Source: Psilocybe cubensis
Taxonomy: Eukaryota
Direction: 5' to 3'
DNA length: 64,000 nt
Assembly: GCA_017499595.2 (NCBI GenBank)
Contig: CM038998.1
Coordinates: 2,232,001 to 2,296,000, forward strand
This document shows positions 48,191 to 61,338 of this stretch, in pieces; position 1 is the stretch's first letter, and each line of letters opens with the position of its first letter. The notes beneath the pieces were generated by a model. The model ran no database searches. It worked only from the letters and a program-made list of their open reading frames with translations, and was not told the origin of the DNA. Made by a program: the position numbers and the translations under genes.

Positions 48191-50239
48191 TTAATTATTA
48201 GTAGACCGAGATAATCTGGGCTCTATCGTTAATTTTTCTTTGCGACGCTTTGAGCCCAACACCATATCCCTGATAAATATGAGTGTCAGAAAATACTGAA
48301 TCAGGCGTATATTGGATGTAAGGCTGACCGTTTCTTAATCGAATCCCGTCGTCCAACAAATCTAGCAGGATTAACAACGTCGGGGCGCTTAATTTTTCCC
48401 ATTTGCCTTTTCTTCAGTTTTGAGGGCTTTGGTAACTTCAGTATCCAATCGGGTACAGTTGAACCAGACTGAAGCAATACGTTTGCGATCCTTAAAGATT
48501 TTAGTAAATAAGAGTATTACACTACATGAACAAGTGTTGCTCACGTTTTGAGATACGGGGCGTCGTCGTCAGTGAAAAATGTGACAGCTTTTCCCTCTCG
48601 TCCTGCCCGCCCTGTACGACCAATCCGATGAACGTAACTTTGCACAGTTGTTGGGAAATCGTAATTAATTACTTCCCGAACGCCTTTGAAATCCATACCT
48701 CTGGCCATAACTTCTGTTGTGACCATAACCCAGCTCTCGCCTTTGCGCATACGAGTGACAGCATCTTCGCGCTCCTTTTGGGTCAAACCAGCATGTAAAC
48801 AGTCTACATTTGCAATGCCGTTGAGAACAAGTTCTTCCGCCAGAGATGTTGCTCGGGTTTGAGTCGAAGCAAAAATGAGAACAGGTGGGTTATACGGTTT
48901 TGCAAAATAAGAAAGGAGACTCGGCAGTTTTGAGGGGTCGTCGGCAACATAGGTTAAGGACTGAGATATCAGAGGAAGAGGAGTGTCTCTGTAATAAGGC
49001 GTTAATGCATTAAGACCGCAATTTGTATAGATGGATGTAGCTTACTTTACTCCAACCACAACGCGTACTGGATTATTCAGCATTTCCATAGCCAGCTTTT
49101 CGGCGCCAGCTGGTAGCGTTGCGCTAAAAAATGCCTTTTGTAAAAAACTATAGGTACAAGAGTTGACAATTTCCTGTATCTGAGGCATGAACTCTGGGTC
49201 CAGCATGCGATCCGCTTCATCAAGGACCAAATGTCGGACACTAGATGAGTCAGATATGTGAAATTTTCAAGGTCAGCATAACTCACTTATTTAAGTCTAT
49301 TACTCCATTTTGAAGAGCAGCAACAAGTCTTAGAGGAGTAGAAATAATGATGTCTTGTGGGGTTCGTATTAATGTTGAATAGCACACAAGAACAAGGTCA
49401 ATGACGTACCGACTTTATCTGCAGCACCGTTCTGAGATAGCGCATTGGCAGTTGCTTTGCTGAAAAGTATAATTTTCCATTTGCGCCCTTGGGCGAGTTT
49501 TAGGCATTCGTTGTAGATTTGATGGGCTAGTTCACGAGTTGGTACGACAACAACTGCTCTCACACCGTTGCCAGAAGAAGGAGAGGCGGGTGCAGCAAGT
49601 TTCGAGAATATTGGAAGAAGGTAAGCAAGTGTCTTTCCAGTACCTGTCGGTGAAATAGCCGCCAGGTCGCGAGACTACTTTGATGTTAGAGTGGTCTGAA
49701 AAGGTATAGTAAAAGTTACCTACTTTCAAAAGGATGGGAATACAATATGACTGAACGCTCGTCGGAGTTTTGTATCCGCTAGATTTCAGGTTTGCTGTGA
49801 TTCGTGAAGGGACTCCGAATGTGTTAAGAGCTTCAAAGCTGTCGATATGTGGTGGTACATCCGATCCTTTTGCAGATACTCGATGGATGACCTCTGGTAT
49901 AGCCACGCTTGCCAATAATTCATCTTCATCTTGCATATCTTCTCCCTCATGGTTCACTTTCCTCTTTTTCTCTGAATTACTCGATTCGTCCACAATTTTT
50001 CTCTTTCCTTGACCGCCTTGAGCATACTTGAAAAAGTCTAATTCTGAGGGAATTTGTCCATCTAACACTGTCGCATTTCTTTGACCCTTCTGCCTCGACT
50101 CTTTCCGTTTCTTTTGAATAGTGAGTAGAATAAAAATCTGGAAGAATGAATCACGAACAATGAGAAGATGGTTGTCTATATTGGATTTACTGAATACCGT
50201 GCCTCCTCGAGAAAGTAAGCGAAACGCTTCGTTTGACAT
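48191..50239 (-). CDS. ROK1: DEAD-box RNA helicase Rok1/DDX52
   Basis: AFRLLSRGG N-terminus, SPTGTGKT, PTRELAHQI, LDEADRM, FSAT, ARGMDFKGV..VINYDFP, HRIGRTGRAGR. Confidence 0.92.
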
Positions 50240-50377
50240 CAATAACCTTCGTACTAAAGTGATAGAAGAGGGAGAGGGTGCAGAAGAGATTTAGCAAATT
50301 CCAGACGTGCTTTGGAGCTTATACGCTTATATTAGACACTAGAATTAGATGTTAGATAGTCATGTGATTCCCACGAC

Positions 50378-50660
50378 TGTAAGAAGTGGGTTTTCTATGT
50401 GGGTCGTAGTCTCGCAAGCCAGACCTTCTGAGGTGACCTGATTTTCTGGTCCCGATCCGATACCTCGGGTCAATGTTTGTACGACCAAACATCAACCGGA
50501 ACACAACCGGATCGCGCGGACAAGGATCGGACTGCGAAAATCAAGGTCACCTCAGAAGGTCTGGGCAGAACTTGGACGATCTTGTCGAGGTGACAGTTTG
50601 TGACTGGGACTTAGCAAAATTCGCGAAATTTCGCGATTCTCACACATCCCCGCCTCCCTC
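50378..50660 (-). mobile_element. Probable LTR-retrotransposon 3' end: polypurine tract plus ~267-bp LTR-like unit
   Basis: On the minus strand GAGGGAGGCGGGGA (50660-50647) lies 2 nt before TGTGAGAA; the other end reads TTCTTACA (plus-strand TGTAAGAA at 50378), a 7/8 terminal inverted match with TG...CA ends. Confidence 0.55.
50419..50564. repeat. Inverted repeat / hairpin inside the LTR-like unit
   Basis: ccagaccttctgaggtgacct (50419-50439) is the exact reverse complement of aggtcacctcagaaggtctgg (50544-50564); the match extends imperfectly inward (gattttc/gaaaatc, cgatcc/ggatcg). Confidence 0.9.
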
Positions 50661-50794
50661 AAAGTGGCCACAGTGCCAAAAAAAGTATTTTTCAAGTATG
50701 TATTTTCAGAATGTACTCGTCACAATCTATTCAGATATATAGGCTATAAAATACATTTTTTTTTTGACAAAAGGACTATGTACTAGGGGGAGGG

Positions 50795-50839
50795 GGAGGA
50801 GGAGGAGGAGGAGGAGGAGGAGGAGGAGGTGGTGGTGGT
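50795..50839. repeat. (GGA)n-(GGT)n microsatellite
   Basis: About 11 tandem GGA followed by 4 GGT. Confidence 0.95.
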
Positions 50840-51069
50840 TGAGATGTGTGGTGATATGGGTCATAGTATCCTCTTTGTGGTGTTATGAGAGACTGAGGAT
50901 AGTAATAGTTGGGATAGTAGCCTAGATGTAGAAGGATGCTGTGGTGTAGAAAGCAAAGCTGGGTAATGGTAAATGGGACTCGAGTACACGAGAGAAGTGG
51001 CTGGACTGGGAATTGCTATTTGTGAAGTGACAGATGGCTGTTGTGGCTCGTTGACAAGAGCGTGACCTT

Positions 51070-51396
51070 GTGATGTTGACGTTCCCGCGAGCCACAGGAC
51101 TGCACAACCTTACCGCAGGAGAAAAAAACCCGCTTGCCGAATACAACCTGTCTTTCAAGAAATTGCAGCTCCTTGAACAGATAGCTCATTCAAATACTCC
51201 ACCGGCCGACCAAGATGTAAAAACCGAACCTGATACAATCGAAGACCCGGATCTAAATGCAATATTCAGCTCCAACTTGGAAGACATAGATGAAAGTGAT
51301 TATACCACTTTACCTCGGTTGACAGAAGATGATGTTGCTTTTGATATGGATGAGATAGATGCCGAGGATGAGGAAGTAGACACAGATGACGATTAG
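51070..51396 (+). pseudogene. C-terminal relic of a probable mobile-element-associated gene
   Basis: Short ORF with a GTG start: NPLAEYNLSFKKLQ...TLPRLTEDDVAFDMD plus acidic tail; lies among repeat relics. Resemblance to multi-copy Agaricomycete (DUF6589-type) protein C-termini is from recollection only. Confidence 0.4.
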
Positions 51397-51540
51397 CAGT
51401 GACGAGGGCGATTTCGAGTCGGATTGAGCGTTGTGGAGTAAAATGTTATCGAATGACATACCTCGGTCCCTCTGAAATCCGTGGATTTTGACTAAGTCTT
51501 TTGTGACATTGTGTGACTCGACAAGAAGTGCTTCGTTACG

Positions 51541-51600
51541 CCCAGCCGTTTCTGACGAAACCGAGCGGAGCTCGAAATGGCTGAGTCAGAAATGGCTGGG
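51541..51600. repeat. Inverted repeat (16-bp arms, 1 mismatch) with internal direct repeat
   Basis: cccagccgtttctgac (51541-51556) vs gtcagaaatggctggg (51585-51600); gaaatggctg occurs twice. Confidence 0.85.
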
Positions 51601-52431
51601 CACGAGCCTATGTGGGTCGACCCAAGTCGACCTCAAATTTCCTCTCCCCCATGTGACTTTTTCCACACGATCATGACTTTCCCATTGACTCTAGTTCGTG
51701 TAGTCGTTTGTACTGTAGTTCACGGTCGGTTTTCCCGTTTAGTACGACGTCGTAAAAGACTTAGGGGCATACTGATTGTTCTATTCCGACTATTTCGACC
51801 AATGGACGACATTTGGTTATAATTTTTTTGGAGAAGCAAGTGTACTAGTGTTACTGTATTTATAACCAGAAAATTTTACTTTCACTACTGAGTTATTTCA
51901 ATGACAGGCTAAAATGAATAAATCAATAACATTGCCAGTAGAAAGTTGGGGTGGGTGGGGGGCATGGCTTAACCGCTTAATTCATTACTTGATTTAATAA
52001 GTATAATCCATCCACAGCTCAGATGACAACCAAGCCAGTCGTGGGCATTGCCGGACAGGTCCGGCCCTACATGACTTATTACACTGGACAGCAGAGGCAG
52101 GGGGCACCGTCCAACCTGGTCCGACTTGTTGAGTTATGGGCAAAACTGAGATCATAGGTGAATTTCATCATTGGATCGTGAAAAATTCTCGATGCCCCGA
52201 CACTACCGACCACCTCGAGCTCAATTTGAAGCCAAGAGAAAGTGGCGACAAATAATCCAACGTAACTAACGTATGTGGTTATTAAAATGAATGTATGAGA
52301 TTGTATGTAAATGTCCAGTTATCATTGGCTACTGTCGAATTGTCCAAACATAACTTTTACACCGTATAAAAATCCGGGAGCCAATTGGGTAAGATGTAAC
52401 TCGAAAAACTCCTCGGGAGTACCCAAAGCAT

Positions 52432-54372
52432 TCATTGCAAGGTCCAGATTCCACCAATTACAGATAAGATTCCCATAGCAGCCAATCCAAGCAAGGCCTG
52501 GCTATCATAGCTGATGGAGAGAGCCCCGCTAGTATTATTATTTCCCGAAGTAGAGGAACCGTTGGGTGCAGGAGCATTGTTAGTGGGCGCTGCGGAAGGT
52601 GTGAAGACCGCCGATGGATTGGCGATACATGAGCTGGCTGCCGAATCCGCCGTCAGACTGGACGAAACCCGAGAGTTGACAGTTCCATTTCCACCAAATT
52701 GACAAGATGATGCTTGACGTTGTTGCGATTCATAATATTGACTCATAACATATGAAAGTTTTATGGCTGAAAAATTGCAATTAGTACAAAAAGAGTGAAG
52801 GAACGAAAAACATACTTGGATCACAGCCAGAGATTCGACCATAAACACCTTTCGCACCATCTCCTCCTATGTCATTGCAAGCATTGCTACCAACTTGTCC
52901 AAGAAGACTACATCCAAAGTCCAAAAGTTCACCAACAACTGCGGTATAGTTACTAGTAAGTGGTGTAAATTGACAGCTAAGAGCGGACTCAAGGCAGTTG
53001 CATGCCGCTTCATTTGGAGTTGGTGGGATAGTTGTCGAGGCGAGAAAATTTGAGTCTGCAGCCGGACATGAAGGGTAACTCGAAGCTCCTGCAGACGACT
53101 GGGACGGGGAATTGATGAAGGAGATGGAGTTGTACTCAGTTTTCAGTCGGTCAAAGTCGTCGCTAGTTGTCACGGTTTTTGCATCGGATGAGATGGTGAC
53201 CATCCCGAATTGCCCATCAGCGCTGCTGGCTGGGAAATAAGAAAAGGCAATTCCTCCAGACCATACAGTATTCATGTCAGAACCAAATAGAGCGACAGTC
53301 TCAGTCCACAGACGAGGAGGAGATTTTATGCAACCGAATTCGCTGAAATATGCAACGACGTTGTAATCGGAGAACGCATTTGTGGTGGCTGCATACGAGC
53401 TTTGGAAATTAGAATCGCCGCACCATTCACTGTAAGATAGCTAAGTATCGCCCTGACAATGCCAGAGATAACTCTGACAACGTACTAGTCATTGAGCCCA
53501 TATATATCAATAGATGTTGAATCTGAATTGCTGTTGGAGGGGTCGCACGAAAGATAATCAGCCAGATCACCCCTCCAAGTCGACTGTCCGTTTATAGCTG
53601 CATATCCTACTAGAGCAGAGGAGCCTTTGGATTTCCTATGGTAGATAGGTTAATAGGAAAGAGTGACAAAAACAACAAATGCGCACAAATAAGCCTTGAT
53701 ATCACGAGCGGCAGCCTTAATGTAAGGGGAAACAGCGGTCGTATTTGAAATAACAACTTCGTTGCCAACGTTGTATGCAAGCACATTATCGTATTTTGAG
53801 AAGACATCAATGGTGTGCGTGTATTGATCAAGGATGTTTGTGGACCATGATGGAGAGACACGATCAATAGAACCATTGAGAGGAGTCGAAAGATCAATTC
53901 TGGGCTGAAGGGTAAGAAAGCATTGATTGATAATATTTAAAAGGGTTTACTGACATTGCATAGATTCCAGCTTGACTAAAGGCGTTCATGCAGGCATCAT
54001 GGTTTAGTGAGGAGTTGACACTGTATACTCTGATGGTATTGACACCGAGTTCTTGGAGAAAGGGGAGATCCCTCGCACAAGCAGCATCAATGGCGAGTGG
54101 GTCGATAAAACTGCTTGGCTCTCCAAAAGGATTGTCGTCAGAGGCAACAACTTCACCTGGGGTACCTCCTTTAGCCGGCAGGCAAAAGAAATCAAGTCCG
54201 AGAACGACGAACCTTGCTCCTGGTATGCAATACCCTTGATATAGAACCGGTTTCCAGATGAGTCGTAGAGGTATCTTCCAGAACGAGTGATTTTGGGAAT
54301 TGCTTGAACGGTGGAGGCGATGAGGGCGGAAAGGAGGGGAAGGAGCACTGGGGCCCGAAGACAGCGTAGCAT
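52432..54372 (-). CDS. GH72 beta-1,3-glucanosyltransferase (Gas/Gel) with CBM43/X8 domain and GPI signal
   Basis: Signal peptide, RFYIKGIAYQ, DPLA...CARD...LGVNTIRVY, VGNEV, EWCG, FSEFGC, VWSGGIAFSYF, Cys-rich X8, Ser/Asn linker, hydrophobic C-terminus. Confidence 0.94.
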
Positions 54373-54637
54373 TATCAGTACAAAGCGGGTGTATACAAGG
54401 GTAAAGTAGAGGAGTAAAGGAGGGAGGGTATGTATGGAGTAGAGAGGAGGTTTGAAAGCAAGGAAGGTGAGAATGCAAGTCAGGGCCTGCTGTTCACTCC
54501 TCTGCGGAGGCACGCTCAATTTAGTTTTGAAACTCCGCGAACAATCAATGTCACTGAATTTGTTATTTATGTCATATCAAATGTCGTTAAAGTAAGTAAT
54601 AGTTCATAAGTAAGTGTCTAATATTCGCCCCCCCATT

Positions 54638-55741
54638 CTATCCTCGATATGTGCAACAGCTTATACAAAACCCGACCGTCAGTTAAGGCCGAGCCATAAT
54701 GAATTCAAGTTGACGTACCTAACCATGTATGGCACTACCGACACAATTAGGCACGCAAACGCAGCCCAAGTCAGAAATAGACCGGTTCCTTCAGAAACTA
54801 CAATGTTGAGAGGTACATTGGTGGGTGTTAGCGATGTGTTTATGATCTGCGATTTTTTAATCATCACAGTCCATATACTCGCGGCAATTAACAACAACAA
54901 GCTGCCCAACGCCGAAAACACAGCAGACACAAAAAAGGTCAAGTTATTCTTGGCAACGCCACTGTTAAAAGTCGTTCAATAAGCAGCAAAGTGTGAATAA
55001 TAAAAACTGCCAACGTCAACAAGGCTAGGGCAGCACAGATGGTACCCAATAAGATCATCCAATACGCCGCTTTGGAAGATTTTCCCAAATATGAGGCATC
55101 CCTGAAGGTATTGGTTGGTACTATTGCAGCAGTCAACACGGAAAAGTTGGTGCCCAGGTCGGATTGTATGATATCGAAGGGGGTATACTTTTCTCCAGCG
55201 GTATGATTTCCACAAATTCCATCATTGACATCGACATAGCCGCAGTATGAATACAATCCGAAGTCATAGAATTGTCGTAGTCCAGCGTGAGCGTTGAGAG
55301 GAGCACTGGCGTTATTGGTATATAAACCTGAGGTGGTACCGATATTGGGGAACGTTATGGTCTCAATAGTTGACCTAGCAGACATTTTAGTGGCCATGCA
55401 AAAGATACAAGGTGAAATTTAATACCCATATCCAGTCATGTTGACCTTGACCTATGCCAGAGCAACCTGGATGAGTACGATGTGCCAAGGGCCTGAAGGA
55501 AGGACACTTCACCATGGAAATTTTTCGTGGTACCGTCGAGGTATTAATTTGCCCAACCTAAGGTGAAATGAGGAACAAGGGGTATGCCAGTGCACCAAAT
55601 AACGAACATGGACAAAAATGAGCAGTATCACGGAAGCAAACCTAGAAAGAGGGTCAATTTAGCAACTTAGAATTTGAAAGACAGAAAGCCAGTCACATAC
55701 GATAGAATAGAAGCGAAGCCAATACATAGTTCACCGCGCAT
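54638..55741 (-). CDS. SUR7/PalI-family tetraspan membrane protein
   Basis: MRGELCIGFASILS..., YDFGLYSYCGYV (claudin-like GLxxYC), four TM segments, ends VVPYM.SCCTYRG*. Confidence 0.85.
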
Positions 55742-55934
55742 GTTGGCAGGGATGACAAGAGAGAGCCAGCTGCTTTGGCAAGCTAAACAATCCTTTATCA
55801 ACCAACAGCACCCCAACCATGACTGCAACTTGCGACTAGAACGTGTTTCTTACATAATATAGTCAATTACAGGAGTCATCAATTCCGCCGGCCGAACCCC
55901 TAGTTTCCTTGTCAAGTCCTCTGAGCTTACCCTC

Positions 55935-58900
55935 ATGGCCCCTCAGATTCCTCCACCCCAGACTCCCACCCCGATCGCATCAGACTCATCGACAGTGCGA
56001 CCCCATCCGACAGTACAACAGCCAGCCGAAGCTAGCGAGCCACGCCCACCGAAGGAATCCCATAGTAGGGTCAAGCGATTGTCAAGTGTAGTCGAAAAGA
56101 CTGTGGACAAGCTGAGTAGGAGTGTCAGCGCAAACTCGTCGACATACAACTCCCCGTCCTCCTCTTCCAAGCGTATGTTTAGCATTAGTCGGAAGTCGAG
56201 GACATTGCGGCAGCCGTCATCTGACGCGGATTGTGAGCCATATCTCGGAGTTATGAACTTTGTTCGAATTAACCAGGAATAGCTACCTCATCTAGTTCTG
56301 CTTCAAAGCCCAAACATATTCCTAATGAAGATTCTCCCTTCATAAGACCCCCTTCTCCACCGTTGCGCCCTTCACTTACTGACTCGTTTCGAGGTGACGG
56401 ATCCGTACGCAGTTTTCTTACCACGCTACGTCGGCCCTGACTCTCCTTTAGATGCGTGCGGGCACACAGACGTTGATTCAAGCGCTCCAGGCTTTGCCAT
56501 GGATGAATAGCGATAATGAAGAAGACAGTACGAATGAACAAGTGTCAGCCGACTCTGACAGTGATGATGAGAGACCTAACGGTAAGGAGCATGCTTCACT
56601 GCTGTCCATTTTACATTCAACTTTGTCAGTGGATCGTCTCTCTTCGTCCATACATACTATACACCGTCCTCTCGCTCGATCGCACCGGACAAAGCAACAT
56701 GTTACATCCAATCTTTCCGATGTACACGCGTCTTCGCAGGAGGAAACTCTGGAAGCCTCTGAAGAAGACCTTGAAAACGATTTCGAAGAAACGCCTAGAC
56801 CAACCGATGATGTGCCTTCACACTTGAGGAGCTTGAGCAATGCGCAGACAATGTCAGGTTCCTCTTCTCCATTTAACGCAATGAAAGATCGCACAGGCAG
56901 TATGGCAACTGTCAGGTTACACAGGCGTGCTCGTCTCGCAGAGAAGCTCAAAGAGATATACGAACTCGACGACATTAAGGAAGTCTGGGCTGGTTTGTTT
57001 CTCTTAATCCTCTTTCTTAGTCATAATGCTCATGTGGAAGATGAAATAGAAATGCCATGCTGGCTTCTTCGTTCAGTTTGTAAGCCCTGTCGTTATTAAA
57101 TTGGTCTATGATTTAGCTTGCAACCACAGTGCTTCAAGGATACATGTACCTCACTAATTCCTATTTATGCTTCTTTGCACACATGCCTTCACGAGAGGTA
57201 ATTAACCTGCTGATTAAACAGTTTGCAATTGAGTTGTCATATTTTCTTTATATCGTTCTTCAGGACCAGATATTGAAATCGGGGTCACTCAACAAGAAGG
57301 CTCAAAGGACAAAACGTTGGATCAAACATTGGTTTGTGTTAAAGAATGACGCGCTTTCCTGGTATCAATCGTCTTCGGTATGCGCCTTGCCTAATGTTTA
57401 CTTAGCACCGCTTTTTTGATACGCGTGCCTCTTCCAAGGATCCTTACTTCCCTCATGGAATTATCGATTTGCGGTATGCAATATCATGCGACCCTGTGGG
57501 CGAAAAAGGTTTTCGGCTACGAACCAATTCGCGAACAATAGTATTATCAGCTGACTCTGTTCCAAGTCGAGAGGAATGGGTCAAGGCGATTCGCAAAGTC
57601 ATTTTCAAAGCACAAAACATGGGAGACAGCGTAAAGGTACAGACTCTGCGATCTTTTGTTGTACCTTACTTATCTCTTCTCGTATTTAGATTGCCATTCC
57701 CTATTCAGCGATTTTGGATGTTGAAAGATCGACGGCCATGGACTTTAGCGAAACAATTGAAGTGAAAGTTATCGACAAAGAAGACAATTTTGCCATTGAT
57801 TCCTACTTTTTTGCTTATTTTCACAATCTACCTGCGGGCCTTGAACAAATTCGTGACGCTCTTAGAAGCTACCGCAGTTTTAATCCACCTGAAAGTGGCC
57901 ACCTTCCAGCAGTCATGGACACAACTGTTCACCGAACCCCTCAGAGCCCTGATCGTCTATCTGTTACCCCAGCTTCAACGATAGACTCTCCATCTAAAGC
58001 GTCGCTGTCCGGTTTTCGATTGTCGTCGATATTTCGACCTTTTTCAGAGCCCACAACTAGTAGGATAGTGTCTTCGCCCGTTGCCACTGACTCCCAGGTC
58101 GACGATTATACCCACATATCTCGCAAGAACGACTCTGGGTCTTTCATTCCCATAACTTCGTCTCCAGAACCAATAATTTCTAGACATGGAGGAGCATCCC
58201 CTCCTCTTCATTCAACGAGGTCTCTACCACCTCCTGACCACACGTACCCACCCTCTACTTCAAGTTCAGCTATATATCCTAATCATTCTTCCTTAAACAG
58301 GGAGAGCAGCAGTAGTAGTTGGGCAGTTGGGGTTCCGTCGTGGCTTAAAGCTCCTAAGAGAGTATTTGGCTCAGCTGGGGGGACGGATTCTGCTGCCGCC
58401 GTCAACCCGACGCCTGTTAAAGAAGTTTACTCTTCGTCATACGTATCCTCGCCTGGTCCTTTGAGCCGCTCAAGCGGGTTCGACATGGCATTCAGCGTCC
58501 TTGAGACACCTGAAATGCTACCAGATCAGGAGACTACAGATAAGTTTCGCACGGCGTTTGCCTACGATGAGAAAGAAACTTTACTAGGCTGTATGTATTT
58601 CAAGGTTTTCTTCGAAGTGCTTTCCAACCTTTTTACCCTCTTTATAGATTTTCCTGGTTATATCTATAGATTACTTCCTGTTCCGGGCAAGTTATACATC
58701 TCGACCAACTATTTCTGTTTCAAATCAAGCGGCCCTTTGGCTGCTCGTACACGGGTTAGTTAATCCTTCTATATCCTTGAGCTTTTGCTGCATCTTATTA
58801 CAGATGACATTGCCGTTGCGTGATATTTTGGCGTCAGAGAAGTCGAAGGCGACTAGATTTGGACATCACGGATTGATTATAATCGTAAAAGGCCACGAGG

Positions 58901-61176
58901 AACTTTTTTTTGAATTCAACGCTGAAGATAAAAGAGATACTTTCATCAACCTTTTAGAACGTCAACTAGAAGATGTAAGAAACCGTCAGATATCAGGAGG
59001 GCCACCATTACGATCATCTGGGGAACGAGACGCTTTGCTACTGGAAGAATTTGATGCTAAACAATCCTCAAATGTCGACGTGGATTCGATGCCTCCTACG
59101 GACAGTATGGCAGATTCTCTTCCCGCTGTCATGTTCACTTCTGCATCTTCGACGTTTTTAACATTCAAACCCAAGAAATCCCTTCACTTCACATTTCTGA
59201 CGATTGGATCCCGAGGAGATGTTCAACCCTACATAGCCCTATCCAAAGGATTAATGGCCGACGGCCACAGGTGTAGAATCGCTACTCACGGCGAATTCCG
59301 TGAATGGATAGAATCTGTAAGTACGTTCCGTTACTCTGAAATATCTCAATAACGCTCTCTCTAGCATAACATTGAGTTCGGCTATGTGGGCGGAGATCCA
59401 GCCGAACTTATGAGGATATGTATCGAAAATGGGACCTTCACTGTATCCTTCCTCAAGGAGGGTTTACTGAAGGTTTGTTGCAGTCAAGTTCATGACGGGT
59501 TTAACTGGCTACTAACATACAGTAGTTCCGTGGCTGGTTAGATGACCTTCTCAAGACATCTTGGGAAGCTTGCCAGGGGACCGATGTTCTCGTTGAAAGC
59601 CCTAGTGCAATGGGTGGTTACCATATCGCAGAAGCGCTGGCAATTCCATATTTCCGTGCATTTACAATGACATGGACAAGGACAAGGTGTGTAGCGTCTT
59701 TAATGATACGGTATTTCTGTCTAATATTTACTGAATAAATAGGGCATACCCTCATGCCTTTGCAGTCCCTGAACGCAAAGTAAGTACATTGCTATTTTGC
59801 GAAATTGCCCCTACTCATATGACATAGATGGGCGGAAGTTACAATTACATGGTACGTATTTGCAAAAGTTAATGAAACATAAACACACAAGATTTAACTA
59901 CCCGGAATAGTCTTATGTCATGTTTGATCAAGTGTTTTGGCGCGCTCAAGCTGGGCAAATCAATCGTTGGCGTCGAAACCTTCTTCATCTTGGTCCAACC
60001 AGCCTTGACAAAATGGAACCCCACAAAATACCCTTTTTGTATAACTTTAGTCCTCATGTTGTTCCTCCCCCTTTGGATTGGCCAGAATGGATCCGAGTAA
60101 CAGGTTGGTCAACTTCATTCTGCAATCAAATAACGGCAAGTGATGACATATATAACAGGCTACTGGTTTTTGGATGATGCAGATGTTAGCGCCAAAAAAT
60201 GGACGCCTCCTACCAGCCTCGTTCAATTTCTTGACAACGCCCAGAAGACAGGACACAAGGTGGTATACATCGGCTTTGGGAGCATCGTTGTTCCAGATCC
60301 AAAAGCTATGACACATTCTGTGATCGAAGCCGTTTTACGTAGTGGTGTCCACGCAGTCTTATCTAAAGGCTGGTCAGATCGGCTACAAATGAAAAGTGGA
60401 GAGGCTTCGGAACCTGAAGAACCATATCCTCCAGAAATATATCCTATTAGCTCAATTCCTCACGATTGGTTATTCCAACGTATCGATGCAGCATGCCATC
60501 ATGGAGGCGCGGGTACCACAGGTGCCAGTTTACGAGGTACTTTTAAAACCTTAGCCGAGTCAGCGTATCTAATCATTAAGCACTGTTTAGCGGGTATTCC
60601 GACAATCATTCGACCGTTTTTCGGTGATCAGTTCTTTTGGGCAGATCGTGTTGAGGCCCTGGGCGTAGGAAGTGGTGTTCGGAAATTGACAGTTTCGACG
60701 CTCTCTGATGCACTTATTTCCGCAACATCGGATGCAAAGCAAATCGCACGTGCGAAGTTGGTTGGCGAACAAATTAGATCGGTAATTCAACTGTTGTACC
60801 CTAAGAATCCTATTTACGACCACTTTCTCAGGAGGACGGCGTAGCCACCGCTATGGAGTCGATATACCGAGATTTAGAGTATGCACGCTCGTTGATAAAA
60901 CGGCAGACGCCTGAAGAAGCCCTCGAGGAAGGTGCCGCTGAGGAGTCCACGGTTCGAAATATTGATAATGTATCGCCAAGTTCATTATCTAGCTCTGCAG
61001 GGTCCGTTCAAGGCGCCCCAAGCGAGGACTGGAGTGTCATCTCTGACCAAGAGGACAAACGCTCCTCCTTAGGGTCATATCACAGTGAAAATCAGTCAGC
61101 TCAACGTACGAGTCTTGCTGCTGCAGTTCTGTCTGTTTTACCACATTCCTTTCCTCCAGGATCTACCCAGCAATAA
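55935..61176 (+). CDS. ATG26: Sterol 3-beta-glucosyltransferase (GRAM-PH-GRAM-GT1)
   Basis: [18 protein letters not shown] (GRAM), PH ([13 protein letters not shown]), [53 protein letters not shown]. Confidence 0.95.
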
Positions 61177-61338
61177 CTTTTAATATGATGATGCACTTGT
61201 TAGACTTAATTATCGGTTTGAAAGGATATGGCTCAAATCAAGTGTACATCTTTAAATCATACTTATTTTGTGTATCTAGCTAGATATTTCTCACGACATC
61301 AACGTATATTCAAACAAGATGCAATGAAAGACTAATTC

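Noticed and set aside
52010..52260. Coding-like GC-richer stretch (KPVVGIAGQVRPYMTYY...)
   Set aside because: Short, interrupted by a stop and not assignable; at most another decayed fragment.
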